Shown here piece after piece: positions 48,191 to 60,744 of a DNA stretch of 64,000 bases. Position 1 is the first letter of the stretch, and each line of letters opens with the position of its first letter. The DNA is from Callorhinchus milii (Eukaryota): positions 9,672,001 to 9,736,000 of the forward strand of contig NW_024704759.1 of assembly GCF_018977255.1 (NCBI RefSeq), in the 5' to 3' direction. A program made the position numbers and the translations under genes. The notes under the pieces were generated by a model. That model ran no database searches. It had not been told where the DNA came from and saw nothing but the letters and a program-made list of their open reading frames with translations.

Positions 48191-48599
48191 AGCAATAAAC
48201 ATTCTCATTAATTATTTCATGACTAGCCAAGAAAACTACTCCAACCTCTGGAAAATCAGTTTTCCCTGATTGATTATGATGTATTCTAAATGTTACGATT
48301 CTGTCAAATAGAGGTTCAATAGATTATAAGGCAGGGATCACACAATTCTTCACACAAGTTTTCAGTGTAGAATCATAGAGAATTAAATCTATCCTTTTCT
48401 GTGTAAAAGACGGTTACAAATCCACGTGGAAATGACGTTTTGATTTTCACTAGAAAATTCAGCCTCCAAAAAGAAATGGCTAAATGAAATTGAATAGTTT
48501 GGGGCACAAATCTGTTCTCACTAAGGGTGAATTAGAGATAACAAGAAGAATTCTTTCAGAGCATATCTACGACTTTCCTCCATGTTCAATTGAATTTCC

Positions 48600-48883
48600 A
48601 AACTCTGCAGGTGGATTATCATCGTTAAACCTATGCCAAGGCTCAATTGGATCAATTAGAAAAGAGAAGGAAGTTCCTCCTGGTGTCTGACCAACAATCT
48701 GCCAGAGAAACACAATTGGTCATTCAAATTCATGGCTCTTAGTATGACATTGCTGTGCGCAAATTGTCAGCCATGTTCCCCTAAGAGTAGTCAGTCACTA
48801 CACTTTACAGAATAGTCTGTGAAGCGAAGTGATTTGAGACTTTTTCAAGGCGTTATATTAAACGTGAGCATTATTATTATTAT
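48600..48883 (+). mobile_element. Old Deu-type SINE
   Basis: GAAGTTCCTCCTGGTGTCTGACCAACAAT...ACATTGCTGTGCGCAAATTG...CAGTCACTACACTT, (ATT)n tail. Confidence 0.7.
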
Positions 48884-49869
48884 TAATGTGTGAAAAAGTA
48901 ATTGAAGGCACCGCCTCATTTGTTGCTACTCTTGCATTATCTTGAATGGAATTGTGTTTGTCCTGCTCAGCATTGTGAAATGTAAAGCGGATTTTACACA
49001 TATTTTCTATGCTTGGGTGGGACAGGGGAAAATGGGCCTCACTCACACAAGAATCACAGTGATTGGTCTGTAATTTCAATCCTAGCAGCTTTGCTTAGTT
49101 GGTCATTTATGATAAAAAAACGATTTATGATATGTGACCTTTCAACGTCTCCATGATTGTAGCTGGGGTTGGGTTATCCTTTAACAAACCTGGAGTAGAC
49201 GTAGATGGTAGTATGTATTAGGAACTGGATTAATAAATTATTGACTAGACTGACAACTGAGGCCAAAATACAGACATCACAACCAATTGCAAGAAATCTT
49301 TTTACAGTGTGCCCCAAGTCTTTAAAACTATCTTTTAATTGCAAGTAATTTTTTTTAATAAGGTGCATCATTACCCTGATTGATAAACATAGCAATGCTT
49401 TTAGTTGAGTCTTTATCTCATGATTTGCCATTCGAAAGGCTTAAAGGGGTGGGGGGGTGTGGGGAATACTATTTAGCGAACAGCATTTAATGTGTATATT
49501 TAATGTGAAATATATGTAGTTAATACTGTATATGTATTTCAAATTAAGTTTTATTTTGGTGGGTGTAGGTGAAAGAAAGCTCTTCCTAGGTAACCACTTA
49601 TACCCACCACATCAGTTAAGTGTTTGATCTCCACACTGCCTCTCTGGGAAAGAATGAGCAAGTGACGCAGAGGGATTAATGGCTGAGATCAGCATGCCGT
49701 GGTGTATCAAACCTGGGTCCCACAAGTGGCAAGGAACAATCCCACTCCAATGCCCTTTTAATTCCTTTTTCAAAAAAAAGTATTTTTTCTCTCCCCCAAT
49801 CTGGTGATGCTCTACATTTTGCGTCATTTAGATTCTCAATCGAGAAGGTACTTCTGCTGTGACCGCCGA

Positions 49870-50131
49870 TACAATACAATACAAAATTACATTTGTAAAG
49901 TGCCTTTCACATCAGGAGGACGTCCCAAGGCGCTGAACAGTCAGAGATTAGGACCCGAGCGGGAGGGTCTTGGGTTCAGGGAGGGTGGCGGTGCAGAGAG
50001 GGTAGGAGGGCGGCAGAAGGCACACCATCAAAGAGGATGGTCTTGAGGCATGCCTTGAAGGACGCAAAGAAGGGAGCAAGGCAAAGAGATTGTGGGATGG
50101 AGTTCCAGAGGGTGGGGGCAGAGAGGCTGAC
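49870..50131 (-). mobile_element. L2 LINE 3' end
   Basis: Tail stem-loop TTCACATCAGGAGGACGTCCCAAGGCGCT; reverse frame LWNSIPQSL. Confidence 0.85.
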
Positions 50132-50888
50132 CAGCTAACACGGCTGAATGCTTTGCGTGCCCAACGCATGTGAATTGGGGATCATCATAAAATCCACATT
50201 CCTAATCCTCCCTTTTTCATTAATGAAATTAAAAATTCCAAACTTTTGTTATTTCTATCCCCACATTGCGTGCCATTCACTGGCCAAGAAATGTGACTTG
50301 GAACTAACAACTTGTGGTCTACTTGAATTTACTGAGGGATGTGAGGTTGACAGAGTGACCGGTCAACAGATTTCTTTTTCCTCCTTGCAAGAGACAGCTT
50401 GACTCTGATTCTCCAGACAAAGTCAAGTTTGCCCTATCTTACAAGTGTGAGTCAATATCTAAACATGTAACCTCCAGTAAAGTTCACCACAAGGCAATTT
50501 AGTTTGATCAGCCATGTGTCTTAACACATTCAGAAACCCGTCACTGTGCTTAATAATATCAAAACTAAAGTTGCACATGTGTATGTCATGTCCAGAATAG
50601 AAGCTCAGTCTCTCCCTTTAGGGATACACCCTGCTTACCTAATTGGGGAGAGTGTTAGGTGCAGGTTAGCAAAAGCCATGATTTGGGGCACCCAGAGGAT
50701 GTGTTGGGAGTATTTCTGGAGTTTAACCAACTAAAAACTAAAATCCAGTCTGAATTTATAGCCTCCTCCAACCCAGTAACACTGAGGTCAATTGTAGCAT
50801 TTGTGACTGCTGCTCTATCTAAAATCATAAAAAGGGATTAGGATTAAACCTGGCATTTTCGTAGTCTGTTTCATTCCTGCTTAACTAA

Positions 50889-50959
50889 CCATCACCTTTA
50901 ATGTTAGTGAAATAATTCTATGAAAGGCCAGGTATATAAACTATCATTAAAGGTGATGG
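50889..50959. other. Inverted repeat: 20-bp stem (1 mismatch) and 31-nt loop
   Basis: CCATCACCTTTAATGTTAGT (50889-50908) / ACTATCATTAAAGGTGATGG (50940-50959). Confidence 0.8.
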
Positions 50960-51884
50960 GACAAGTACCCCTTGTTCATACCAATGTAGCTCTCTTTGCT
51001 ATATTTAAAAAGTTTCGGCTGCTTTTGTGCTCTATATTTTCCATAAATTGATGCCAATCATGCAAACTAAAATTAAAAACAAGTTGAGCTCATTGCCTAC
51101 CCCTAAAGCAAACAGCTTGGTGTAGGCACTGTAATATGCATTATTATTATGATCTATTATTCATTGGTGTGTGTTATTATTATGATCTGTTGTGCTGACT
51201 CCTGCGATCTCTCTTTTCATCAAAAGTCCTTGTTTTTGAAGAAATAGCATCACTGATGAAGGAACAATGGGGATAGTCATCAGAGAGGCATCTGTAAACC
51301 ACCCTGTAGTGTCAGAGCCAATACAATAAATATTGAAGAGGAGCTAAGGCGAAACCTGTCAGATGGGCCTTTTATAGTATTTCCTTTTTGTATTCTATAC
51401 ATAGCAGTTGTGAATAAAGATGAGTGAGACCTTTATGATGCCTTTTATTATTTGCATTTTGTAAAAACTAGTCTTAATGAGCTGTTAACAGCCTTCCTTT
51501 CCTCCCCCTCCTGTCTATTGTTACTACAATGGGAGACTATAATATGCTGAAAGCTCTGCAAGAGAATTTATGATCCATGATGAAATCTCTTCCTGGACCA
51601 GGTCTAGAAAGAGAGGATATTTATTCTTAAGGATTCTGAGTTGCCTGCAATGCTACGTTAATTGATACTTTCCTGTCCCAATTGCTGCATAAAGCCATTT
51701 GTTGCACTTCACATGCACATTTGTTGCATTTTGTGTAAAGCGCTTTGAGACGTTTTGCAATAAAATCTATGTGTCGTGTGCTATGGTCTGAGGTTCCAGT
51801 TGCACAAACCATTTGTTGATGCCAAGAGCAAGACCCAATCTTGACTTGCACTTGAAGGAAGATTTTAGATGGAGATTCGAGTGT

Positions 51885-52080
51885 TCTCCGAACTCTGGAA
51901 CACTCTTTTGCTCTATCCCTCCACCTTGCCTCCTCCTTCCCCATCTTCAGGTCACGCCTTAGGACCTTCCTCTTCGCCTACGGTTAACCTCCCCACACCT
52001 CGGAATCGTGCTCTGTCACTGTCAAGCGCTCTGGGACGCTACACTATGTGAGGGGAACTACATAAATGCTAGTTGTTGTT
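51885..52080 (+). mobile_element. L2 3' fragment
   Basis: ACTCTGGAACACTCT...AGGACCTTCCTCTTC...GCTCTGGGACGCTACACTATGTGAGGGG..(GTT)3. Confidence 0.8.
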
Positions 52081-52439
52081 AAGGACTAAGATGCTCTTCA
52101 GGTTTATTATTTCTGATGTGCTTTCTGAGCAGTGAAATGGTGTTTTTAAAGCATTCAGTCCAGAGGGTCAAAAATGTGGTATGGGAGAGGACATGTGTAA
52201 TACTGTAATGGTAGGATTCTCAGAGAGAGACAGTATTATTCAAATTGTGCATTCACAAACTGTTTATCAACTGGAGGGAATTTTTTTTCTGTTCTGACCT
52301 TTTTCCTGTGGCTTTGACTAATTGATTATGAAATCCTTCTATGATCAGGCTATCAGCAAACAATAGATCAAAGCCATGGGAGCTGGCAGTCCTGAAGGTT
52401 ACAGGAAAGAAGTTCAAGATGGCCCGTTCTTAACAAATG

Positions 52440-52845
52440 CCTCCAATTTTCACTCTCTCTCCAACCCCTACTTGAACCCCTACTTTCCTTCTGCTGGGGC
52501 ATAGTTCTATGTGTTCTATGTGCTTCACCCATGTCGTCTTCATTGATGTGAACCCTAAAAGTGTGTGACGTGAAGCTGTCTGACTGCTCGGGGTACCCCA
52601 CATCTGCCACCTGTTGTATGTAGGTTGCCATCTACGCAGCTCCAGCAGGGTTCACTGGATTAGCATTCAGGAGCCGGGATCCACTGGCTTATATCTCCCG
52701 CCTCTTGTATGAGCCACTCGGAACTCAAGGCTGTGTCCTTGGGCCATCAGCTAACCGAGCACAGACTAGTGATCAAACCTGGGATCTTTTCAGTCTGCGT
52801 GGCTGAAATGCTCACTGAATAAACTCAACGAGCCATCAGAGGAGA
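52440..52845 (-). mobile_element. UCON3-like SINE
   Basis: TCCAGCAGGGTTCACTGGAT...ATCAGCTAACCGAGCACAGACTAGTGATCAAACCTGGGATC...GAGCCATC. Confidence 0.7.
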
Positions 52846-53119
52846 CCCAAATTCCCCTTTTCCCAATAGTGACGAGCTATGCATGAATAAGAATGAGATA
52901 CCCATGTATGCCCATATAATTCAGGGTGATTAAATTGCCAGAAGGAACTAAAAAGGATGGTCGGAGGTGAGAACTAGATTATGGTAGTAGATTCACTTTG
53001 ATTCACTTTAAGCACCTTCACCTTCCTGATTATCGCTGGATTATAGACTATTTCTATATTTCATTTCTGAACCACTGACATTTTCATGTAGCTCCCTTTT
53101 TGAGACATAATGGACATGG

Positions 53120-53190
53120 CGATCCTACAAGAAATGAGTTTGGTTCGTCTCAACCCAGTGCATAGTGGTTGCGGGCTCCAAGCACAAATG
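53120..53190 (+). mobile_element. Possible LF-SINE-like core fragment
   Basis: GAAATGAGTTTGGTTCGTCTCAACCCAGTGCATAGTGG resembles the recalled LF-SINE core GAAATGAGTTGGTGGTCTCAGTCCAGTTCC. Confidence 0.3.
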
Positions 53191-53629
53191 GATTCATGTA
53201 ATATAAACAGCCAAACATCTGTAAATATTTTACCAGAGTGATTTATAAAATAAATAAGTCAGTGGAGGATAGTACAAAGCAGGTAAAAGCATTGAAACCT
53301 GGGGCCAAAGTTTCCTCGTGCTCTCGCAATTTAGCATGCAAGTGTTTGAGAAGCCAAAGGGAATAAGCAAACTAGTTTTATACTGGTGTAGGGAACAGAG
53401 CAAATTTGTGGGGCGAGGGCCAAATGTGATCTCAAAAGTCACACATTCTGTTTAGATTATTCACTGTCCCATTAGTTTTACACAGCTCTGCTTTTAATAC
53501 ATTTCTGGTAAGATTCACGCTGAGGAACAGAATGGATTCTGTCAATGGTTACAAACCACTGGGTGAAACTTGCAGCTGTGAAAAAGACTCTGCTGCATTT
53601 AAAAAGCAGTTTATTAATATTTTTCAAGA

Positions 53630-53800
53630 ATTTGGTCACTCAATCCACGACTGTTTGTGGGACACTGCTGTGCGCAATTGGCTGCCGCGTTTTGCCCACA
53701 CGATGCACAGTCAAACCCGCCTTACAATATATTCACAAGCTCTTGGGAGACGTCTCAACGACGTGATAAGGTGCCATTTCAAATACAATGATTATTAGTG
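53630..53800 (+). mobile_element. SINE 3' half
   Basis: GGTCACTCAATCCACGACTGTTTGTGGGACACTGCTGTGCGCAATTGGCTGCCGCG. Confidence 0.85.
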
Positions 53801-54094
53801 TTATAATGTTTATTATTATTTGCTTTTTACAGTTTTCTCACTTTCTCTCCCTGAAGAGTGACCAACGCTGGTGTGGGCAACTCTCACAATGCGTTGTTTT
53901 TCTTTGAGGCCAATTAAAGTTGCCTCAACACTACCAGGAAAGTTAATAGCTTTGGAAATGTAAATGAAAAAACTGCAGGATTAAAAGAGCATTTCACAAA
54001 CAGCACTAAAAACAGCAGCAATGGGCGCTCTCTATGAACAAACCACTTCAGTTATGTACACCAGCAGTTTTACAAAGTACCACAAATCGGTCAA

Positions 54095-54285
54095 ATGGAA
54101 AGTGGAAATCACTTCCCCAAAACTGTGCTTGAAACAAAAAGCATCAGTGTATTTAAGAGGAAACTTGATGCATACATGAAGGACGAGGGAACAGAGGGGT
54201 ATACGAGAGGGAAATAGGAGGGAGTGAAGCTTGTGTGGACTATAAACACTGGCGCATTGGCTGCATCATTCAATGTAACTATGGA
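54095..54285 (+). mobile_element. CR1 LINE 3' end fragment
   Basis: WKSLP..VLETKSISVFKRKLDAYMKDEGTEGY (CR1 FKxxLDxxM motif) followed by UTR with ATAAACACTGGC. Confidence 0.75.
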
Positions 54286-55534
54286 TCAATTCAGCACTTG
54301 AGGCCTACTATGTTCAAGAGCTGGACTCCTGACGCATTTCACTTGGGATTTGTTTCAAGCGCAGGAGATTAATTGAACGATAATGTCAACTGTTGAGAAA
54401 TGAAGTGCGCCCAGTTCTATACACTATTAAATCACCAAGGACAAATTGTTATAATGCCTCTTGTGCGAGCAGCAGGAAGTTTCCTTTAACAGTTCAATAC
54501 TAAAACAGATTTGTGTGACTGAGGGTCTGAAAGTCTGCCTTTACTATGAATTCCTATTTATCAGCCGTTCCCAGAAACACAGCAGGGGCTGATGGAAAGG
54601 TACAGTGAGCAAAGTGTATATGGAACAAATAAGTGTGAACAGGCTATTGTATTGTTAGAGAAGATGAAGGACACAACAATGGAAACTAATGACTCGGGGA
54701 ACTCCGGGAGGTTTGAACTGAATTTCTCAGGATTTTCTTGTCCATTTTTTTTATATACCAATCTTTTCACTCGAAGGCACTTGGAGCTGCCCTTCAGTCG
54801 ATAAGCCTGGACACTGAATTTTTTTTTGCAGGTGAAATAATCTTCTGAAGCCTGAAATAATATTAAATGTGTCATTACTTTATGTAATACCTATCCAGGA
54901 ATTCTGAATTGCTTTTATCCTAGGAAGTACAGAAAATCCAATTATTCTAATTTTAGGTCAATACCAACGCTGTTCCCAAATTCTAGCAAAGCAGGACGGT
55001 TTATTACCCTCAAACAGGGTTGCAAATTTCACATCTCTCCTGAAGGCCTCAAGGCATCAATCCTTGCTTGAACTTCATGGAAAGAATCACAGTGAAGGCA
55101 AAACGTAGCATGAATTGCTGAGGTGTGAGAAATGGCCTAGACGTGAAAGAAGCTTTTTTGCAGTTGTTATGCTCGTGAAATATGTGTCCTTTAACTGGAG
55201 AAATTGGTAGAAACACAATTCAATATGCTGAGAGAAAACAAAGTGGTTAAATTAAATGGCTCGTTGAGAAAATCCCAGACATCAGGTCATTCTGACCTTT
55301 TATTAGATTAAATTGTTTTCTGAGGGTTTTGTTAAGTGACTGTAGATCATTTAACAATTGCTTATTGGTGCAAACAATGATACAAGGACACTTTATGGTT
55401 CTCCCCAAATCCAAACCTTTGTTACTTCATGAAAACAGTTTACCCTCTCGACAGAAATTCAGAGCAGCATCAATCAGTAGTTGGAATTATAGGCTCAAAA
55501 TTCCTCTCAGTCTTACTGTGTAAGATCATTTTGT

Positions 55535-55770
55535 CTTTAAAAACCCTCGCATTTGATATAGAACCTTTTCATGTCAGGAGGACATCTGAAAGCACTTCAC
55601 AGGATTCAGGTTGTTGTGTAGTTACTGTGTACCTACTGTGTAGCTGAGCGCCCCAGCCAATTTTGCACAGAGCAAAATTGATCCATAAAGAGTCAATTGA
55701 ATGACCAATTTTATTGTGGTGGGGGGGGAGGGGGGATGAGGGACACTGGTATTGGGAGAAACTCCATTTT
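55535..55770 (-). mobile_element. Old DeuSINE 3' half
   Basis: GCATTTGATATAG..TTTCATGTCAGGAGGACATC..GCCAATTTTGCACAG..GAATGACCAATT. Confidence 0.7.
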
Positions 55771-55779
55771 CTTTCACAA

Positions 55780-55958
55780 TTAAAATTTTAAGATTATGCA
55801 GAATTGTGGAAAATTTGGAAATTCACTTCTAATTTGGAAGCTGGTTTTCTGCGATTGACAAATTAAAGCTGAAATTAAGAAGTTCCCCGGTTCTGCTCAA
55901 TCTTAAATTTTAAGTTAAAATAGTCTTGAAAGGCTAAAGCAAGGTGGAATTTCAGGCC
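55780..55958. mobile_element. Second, partial copy of the palindromic MITE-like repeat at 7039-7277
   Basis: AAATTTTAAGATTATGCAGAATTGTGGAAAATTTGGAAATTCACTTCTAATTTGGAAGCTGG matches the reverse complement of about 7174-7235; ends AAGGTGGAATTTCAGGCC. Confidence 0.65.
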
Positions 55959-56084
55959 ATATATGTATAACATAGGGGTACATAATTTGGGATATTTTGA
56001 GCAGGGGAGAGAGATTTTAAAAAAGCTGTAATCAACCATATCATTAGTAATGCCATTCCAAATGTCTTTCGTTGTATTCATGAA

Positions 56085-56160
56085 CATAGCATCCTGGAGC
56101 TAACACTTGTCCCAGGAAAGTAAACAGGAAGCTGAGGAAGATGCTGTTTATTTACAGAGA
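56085..56160. promoter_or_regulatory. FOX:ETS composite motif cluster (candidate endothelial enhancer)
   Basis: GTAAACAGGAAG at 56120-56131, flanked by CAGGAAA, GAGGAAG, CATCCTG and TGTTTATTTAC. Confidence 0.45.
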
Positions 56161-57296
56161 TTTTACCGCTTTTGATTGCTTTCCATGGGATGAATTAAAT
56201 GTCCAACATCTGGCTTGAGTGGCAGAAAATGTTCTCAATCTAATTCTCCCTAAATTTGCTTCCCTGGTTTCACTTATGTGGTTGGTTCCATTGAATTGCT
56301 TCTAGTATCTCGCCTTAATAGGCCAGCAGGGAATTCCATTTTCTCTGGGGGGGGGTGGGCAGCAGGAATTGGCTGCTGCAATTGCCTAAAATATGCACTC
56401 ACCACTCTTCACAGAAAAAAAGTGTGAAGAAGTTTCTTGAGCCGCCTCAATGACATGATCAAAATGCGGATTCGCAGACAAGCCCAATCCTGTCCTTTTC
56501 CCCAATGTTCAGACACCTGAACATTTTATTAGGGGTCACTAAGTAGAATGTACATTTCCTGTTATGTTATCAGATACCTAAAGGACAATAGTAACATTAT
56601 TGACATTAATAACAACCATTTTTAGGAAGCCTTTTAAGGTATAACTAAAGCAAAATTAAGTGAAGGGCAGATCTGGCAGGAACCTTTGGACAACTTTTCT
56701 GATAATATGCGCAATCCTGCCCACCTGCCATCTGATTATTGCCACCAAGACCGCAGGTGTCTCTGCCTATGAACAGAGCACAACTCTGAGCTCAGAAAAC
56801 CAGAGAGTTCATTCTGCTCCAGGTACCAATGAATGTTTTGCGAGTCCAAAGCACTTATCAGTGAAAGCTTGTTCCCTTGTCCAACCCTTTTAGAACGAGA
56901 TAGAAATTCTCTTCTCTTTCCCACATACTCGTAACCCCAAGTCAGCAAATGATTGTTAACTCAACATTTGAACACCTGCAGACAAGGGTGGGGAAGCAGA
57001 TCTACAGCAGCTACATTAAAATATTACTTGATACGTCCTCTCGCTTTGGGGGAGGGGTTTGCTTTCTCTTCCCCCCATTTTTTACTTCCAAGAGTTTACA
57101 GGAAATCAATCTGAAATTGACCGAACAAAAATGCCATGTTCGAACAGAACATGTTATCTGATTTTTGTGTTTGCCACATATTTTCTCCTCTCTTAAAGGC
57201 ATTGGCTCTTGCACCTCTATCGATGGCCCGTCGCTTCGCAAAGACTGTCAGCAAAGTGAGTCTTGGCAAGCTATTCAACAGTGGAGGGCATCAAAT

Positions 57297-57592
57297 TATA
57301 ACAATAGTCCTTGCATTTGATATAGCACTTTTCATGTCTTCTCGACGTCTCAAAGCGCTTTACAGAATAGACTGTAAAGTTAATTGACCGTATATTTGTG
57401 GGCGAAACGTGGCAGCCAATTGCGCACAGCAGTGTCTCACAAACAGTCGTGGATGGAAGTGACCAATTTTATTATTGTGTTTTTTTTGAAGGATTATTAT
57501 CAGGTGTGTGGAGTAAGGAAACTTGCCCAAGGTTTCGCCCTGCCTGGAATTGAACCCAGGTGTCTCGCTTGCGAGGCGAGTGCTCTAACCAC
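57297..57592 (-). mobile_element. tRNA-Ala(CGC) SINE, short form, 5' end clipped
   Basis: Tail, Deu motif, GGAGTAAGGAAACTTGCCCAAGG, CTCGCTTGCGAGGCGAGTGCTCTAACCAC. Confidence 0.9.
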
Positions 57593-57619
57593 AGAACCCT
57601 CTCCCAATTCAATATATAC

Positions 57620-57790
57620 ACAAATGCAGGGATCACTCACTAGTGATTAGGAGCAGATTTGCTGGCTGGTTTTCTCCTCTCTAGTTATGACCAGTTGCAG
57701 AACCTGCTCAGACTGAGATTATCTCAGCATAGGTGAGAAACTGCACCAGGTTTCTTCCAAATCTCCTTCGCTCAGTTTCATGATGTGTCT
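57620..57790 (-). mobile_element. UCON3-like fragment
   Basis: GCAGGGATCACTCACTAGTGATTAGGAGCAG...GACTGAGATTATCTCAGCA. Confidence 0.5.
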
Positions 57791-58204
57791 TTCACAATGA
57801 GACCCATATTGAGGCAATACCCAAATATTCTGTTGCCGTATCCATTTAATTCAATTTACAAGCGTGAAAAGCTACTTTGAGACATTCCTCCCTGTGTGAA
57901 GAGTGCTTTATAAATGTGAATTGTATTCAGACAGGAGAGGCTGGGGGAGGTGTGTGTCTGTGTGTGGTGGGGGGGTGGTATATGGCACCAAATTAGGCAC
58001 GGTGTTGGGGGTGAAGACATTGAAACAAGAAAGGACGAGGAAAATAATTATTTACAACAAAGAGGAAATGAAATGGCTGACTCCTAAATTTGAGTTGAAA
58101 GAATTTGATGATTCAAAATTAACGGCTTTAAATTACTGTGAAAGGATTTGATGAAAAAGTAAACCTTGTCATGTTTCCACCTTGTGGGTCGAATTCCACT
58201 TCCT

Positions 58205-58668
58205 ACATCCTCACCCGCATCAACCTCCGTCGCCTGCATCCTCACCTGCATCAAGCTCTGCCCCCTTCATCCCAGTCCTTGCCTGGCTCCCCCACAGATC
58301 AATTCAAGGTCTTCACCCTCACCTATAAATCCTTGCTTGTCCTAGCGCCTCCCTGTCTCTCTGATCTTCTCCTGATGTGAAAGGTGCAATATACGTGTAA
58401 TTTGTATTGTACCCCACTCCACTCCTGGCTTCCTCCTATTCTCAGCCAACAAGAAGTCTTCAGTCACTACACCTCTATCTCGCCCTTTCTGTATCTGCCT
58501 TTAAATCCTGCCTTGAAACCTAACTCTTCGATTGCGCCCATGGTCACCTCCCCCTTCCCCCCCTCCCTCCTCCTTTTCCTTGCTCGGGATCAGACTCTTG
58601 TCAGTGTGAAGCTTTTTTGAGACGTTATTGTAATGTGAAGAGGGCCGTAGAATTGCAAGTTGTTGTTG
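58205..58668 (+). mobile_element. L2 3' fragment with a nested L2 tail (about 58373-58411)
   Basis: QFKVFTLTYKSLLVLAPPCLSDLL (L2 ORF2), inserted GATGTGAAAGGTGCAATATACGTGTAATTTG, terminal GCAA(GTT)3. Confidence 0.8.
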
Positions 58669-58809
58669 CATTGATTATAATTTCTTAACGGGCCGGACAT
58701 GCATCCTATTGTCTCATGAGACTCGGTCGTTAGTTACACCAAAGGTTCTACTTTCCAACAAGTTATTTCAGAGCAACTCAAAACAATGCATTTTGAATCG
58801 TCAATCTTG

Positions 58810-59270
58810 ACTCCCTGTTCTACCTGGCTGAGTTGGGAATCAGGATCATTGATGAGATCGCACCAATAAAAGTTATGTATGCGGCTTCTAAAAGTGAAAT
58901 GATTTGTTTGCCTTTAATAAAGAAACGCAAAAGGATGGACACAGTGTCCCTTTTAATTTTATTATGCATTTCAATAAAGCCTGCTGGGAAGCACAGGAAG
59001 GAGAATATTGCACCTTTTAGAATAAAACAAATTAACCATCTTTCTGACCATTCCAGGGAGCTGTGAACAGACACCAATGGCACTCTAAAACTTCTAAAGA
59101 AAAAAGGCTGTTAATTGCTGTCTAGACAGTTTATTGCTGCAATACGTTTCTAACAGTGAATGCTATGTTTTCAGGGTTTAAACATTCAGACTAAACAATT
59201 AGCTCATTCCATTCACAAAACACCTGATTTATAATGCACCCTCCTGCTGTGGATGGAACACTTTACTACT
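58810..59270. promoter_or_regulatory. Candidate conserved non-coding block
   Basis: Repeat-free; CCAATAAAA (posterior HOX), TAAACAATTA FOX/SOX x2, TGATTTAT PBX-HOX. Confidence 0.3.
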
Positions 59271-60686
59271 AGTTTGTGTGTGAGATGCTTTAAATGTGAG
59301 ACCAACATGTTTCTCTATTGTTTTTAAGTTCCTATTCAATTAAAGAATGCATACCAATGTGTACATTGCATATGAATGTGCATAAAGGTCTGTTATTGGG
59401 ATTAATTGTGAGTAAATCCAAACCAGTGTCTAAGCAGTTGTTGAAAATATATTTTTATTTAAAAGAGTTTTTTTCTGTGAAATTCAAATTCCATATGTTG
59501 TAAAGGAGGAATCTAGAGAACACTATCTGAATGTAATAAATAAGCCGTAAAAAGCAAAGCAGGGTTTTCCTGGACCCATATTGAGAGTGACAGATGATTT
59601 CTGGATTTACTGCGGGTTTGAACATTGGGCTGTTTGTCACCTATGTTTCTCAATAATATATTCTGTACTCGGCTGCTGGTATTTATGGTGCAGAAAGGAC
59701 CTGAAAAAAATCATTGTTTTAATAATATTTTCTTTGGGTTCTTTGCTCCTTGGATTTTTGACTTGAATCACAAATAATCGGCTCTTAATATCCAATGCAA
59801 CTCTCCTTCAATCACACACCAATGCCTGGCCCATAATAGCTCTTTCAAAACTTTCTAAACATCCTTCAGTTTGCTAAAAAAAATTAGATTTGCTACTGTC
59901 CCAAGCTATTTTAATTTAAAATGAAAGTTCCCGCTGGCACGCCTAAGAATTGCTAAAATGTATTCCTCATGAGCTGAAAGAACGGCCACGTTTAATCAGG
60001 GCATGTAGGTTCCAAAGGAATATTTAGATTAAGTTTTTTTTTGCGCAAACAGATCGTGAGGAACAGAAGCTTCCAAGCCAGATGTTGGAAGCAAACTAAC
60101 TTATTTGGAGCGTCCAATGTGGAACTGAAAGCAACATAAGTAAATGTATGCTGAGGATGGCTTTGATCTTTAGAAATGTATGTTGGACTCTTGAAACTGC
60201 CTCAGGACATCTCCATTGCAGATTCCCTTGGAGCCCCTACACAGTATTCTGTGGCTGTAGTTACTGTGTTACAATTGCTCACCTCTTTACTCTCCCCAGA
60301 GAGATGATACTGCCCCTTTAAACACTTCCATCAAAGGTTTTATTTCTTGAACGGCATAGGCTCGAACCTTATCTTCAATTGTAGAAACACACACAGATGG
60401 GAAATATCATTGCTTTTGTAAGGAAAGAAATTACCAGAGAAAACTGAAACATCAAGTCCACATTACCGTAAGGCATTTGTTCAAACCTATATATTATTAC
60501 AATTACACTATTAAACAGAATAGAGAACAATTACATTATCAAAATATTTTGTCAGTGTTTCAACCCACAGGCAGTTTGGTCCATAATAGACATTCTTATT
60601 CATTGTTGCATTTGATTAGCACCTACAATGTAATTTCATAAAGTTTCTGTAACTGTGTGTTAAGTGGCAAACACAGCAGCAGTTAA

Positions 60687-60744
60687 TAAAATGCAAAATA
60701 CTGCAGATGGTGGAAATCTGAAAACAAAAACAGAAGTCGCCGAG
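60687..60744 (-). mobile_element. 58-bp Penelope-like micro-insertion with 14-bp TSD
   Basis: ACAGCAGCAGTTAA at 60673-60686 and 60745-60758 flanks TAAAATGCAAAATACTGCAGATGGTGGAAATCTGAAAACAAAAACAGAAGTCGC. Confidence 0.75.
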
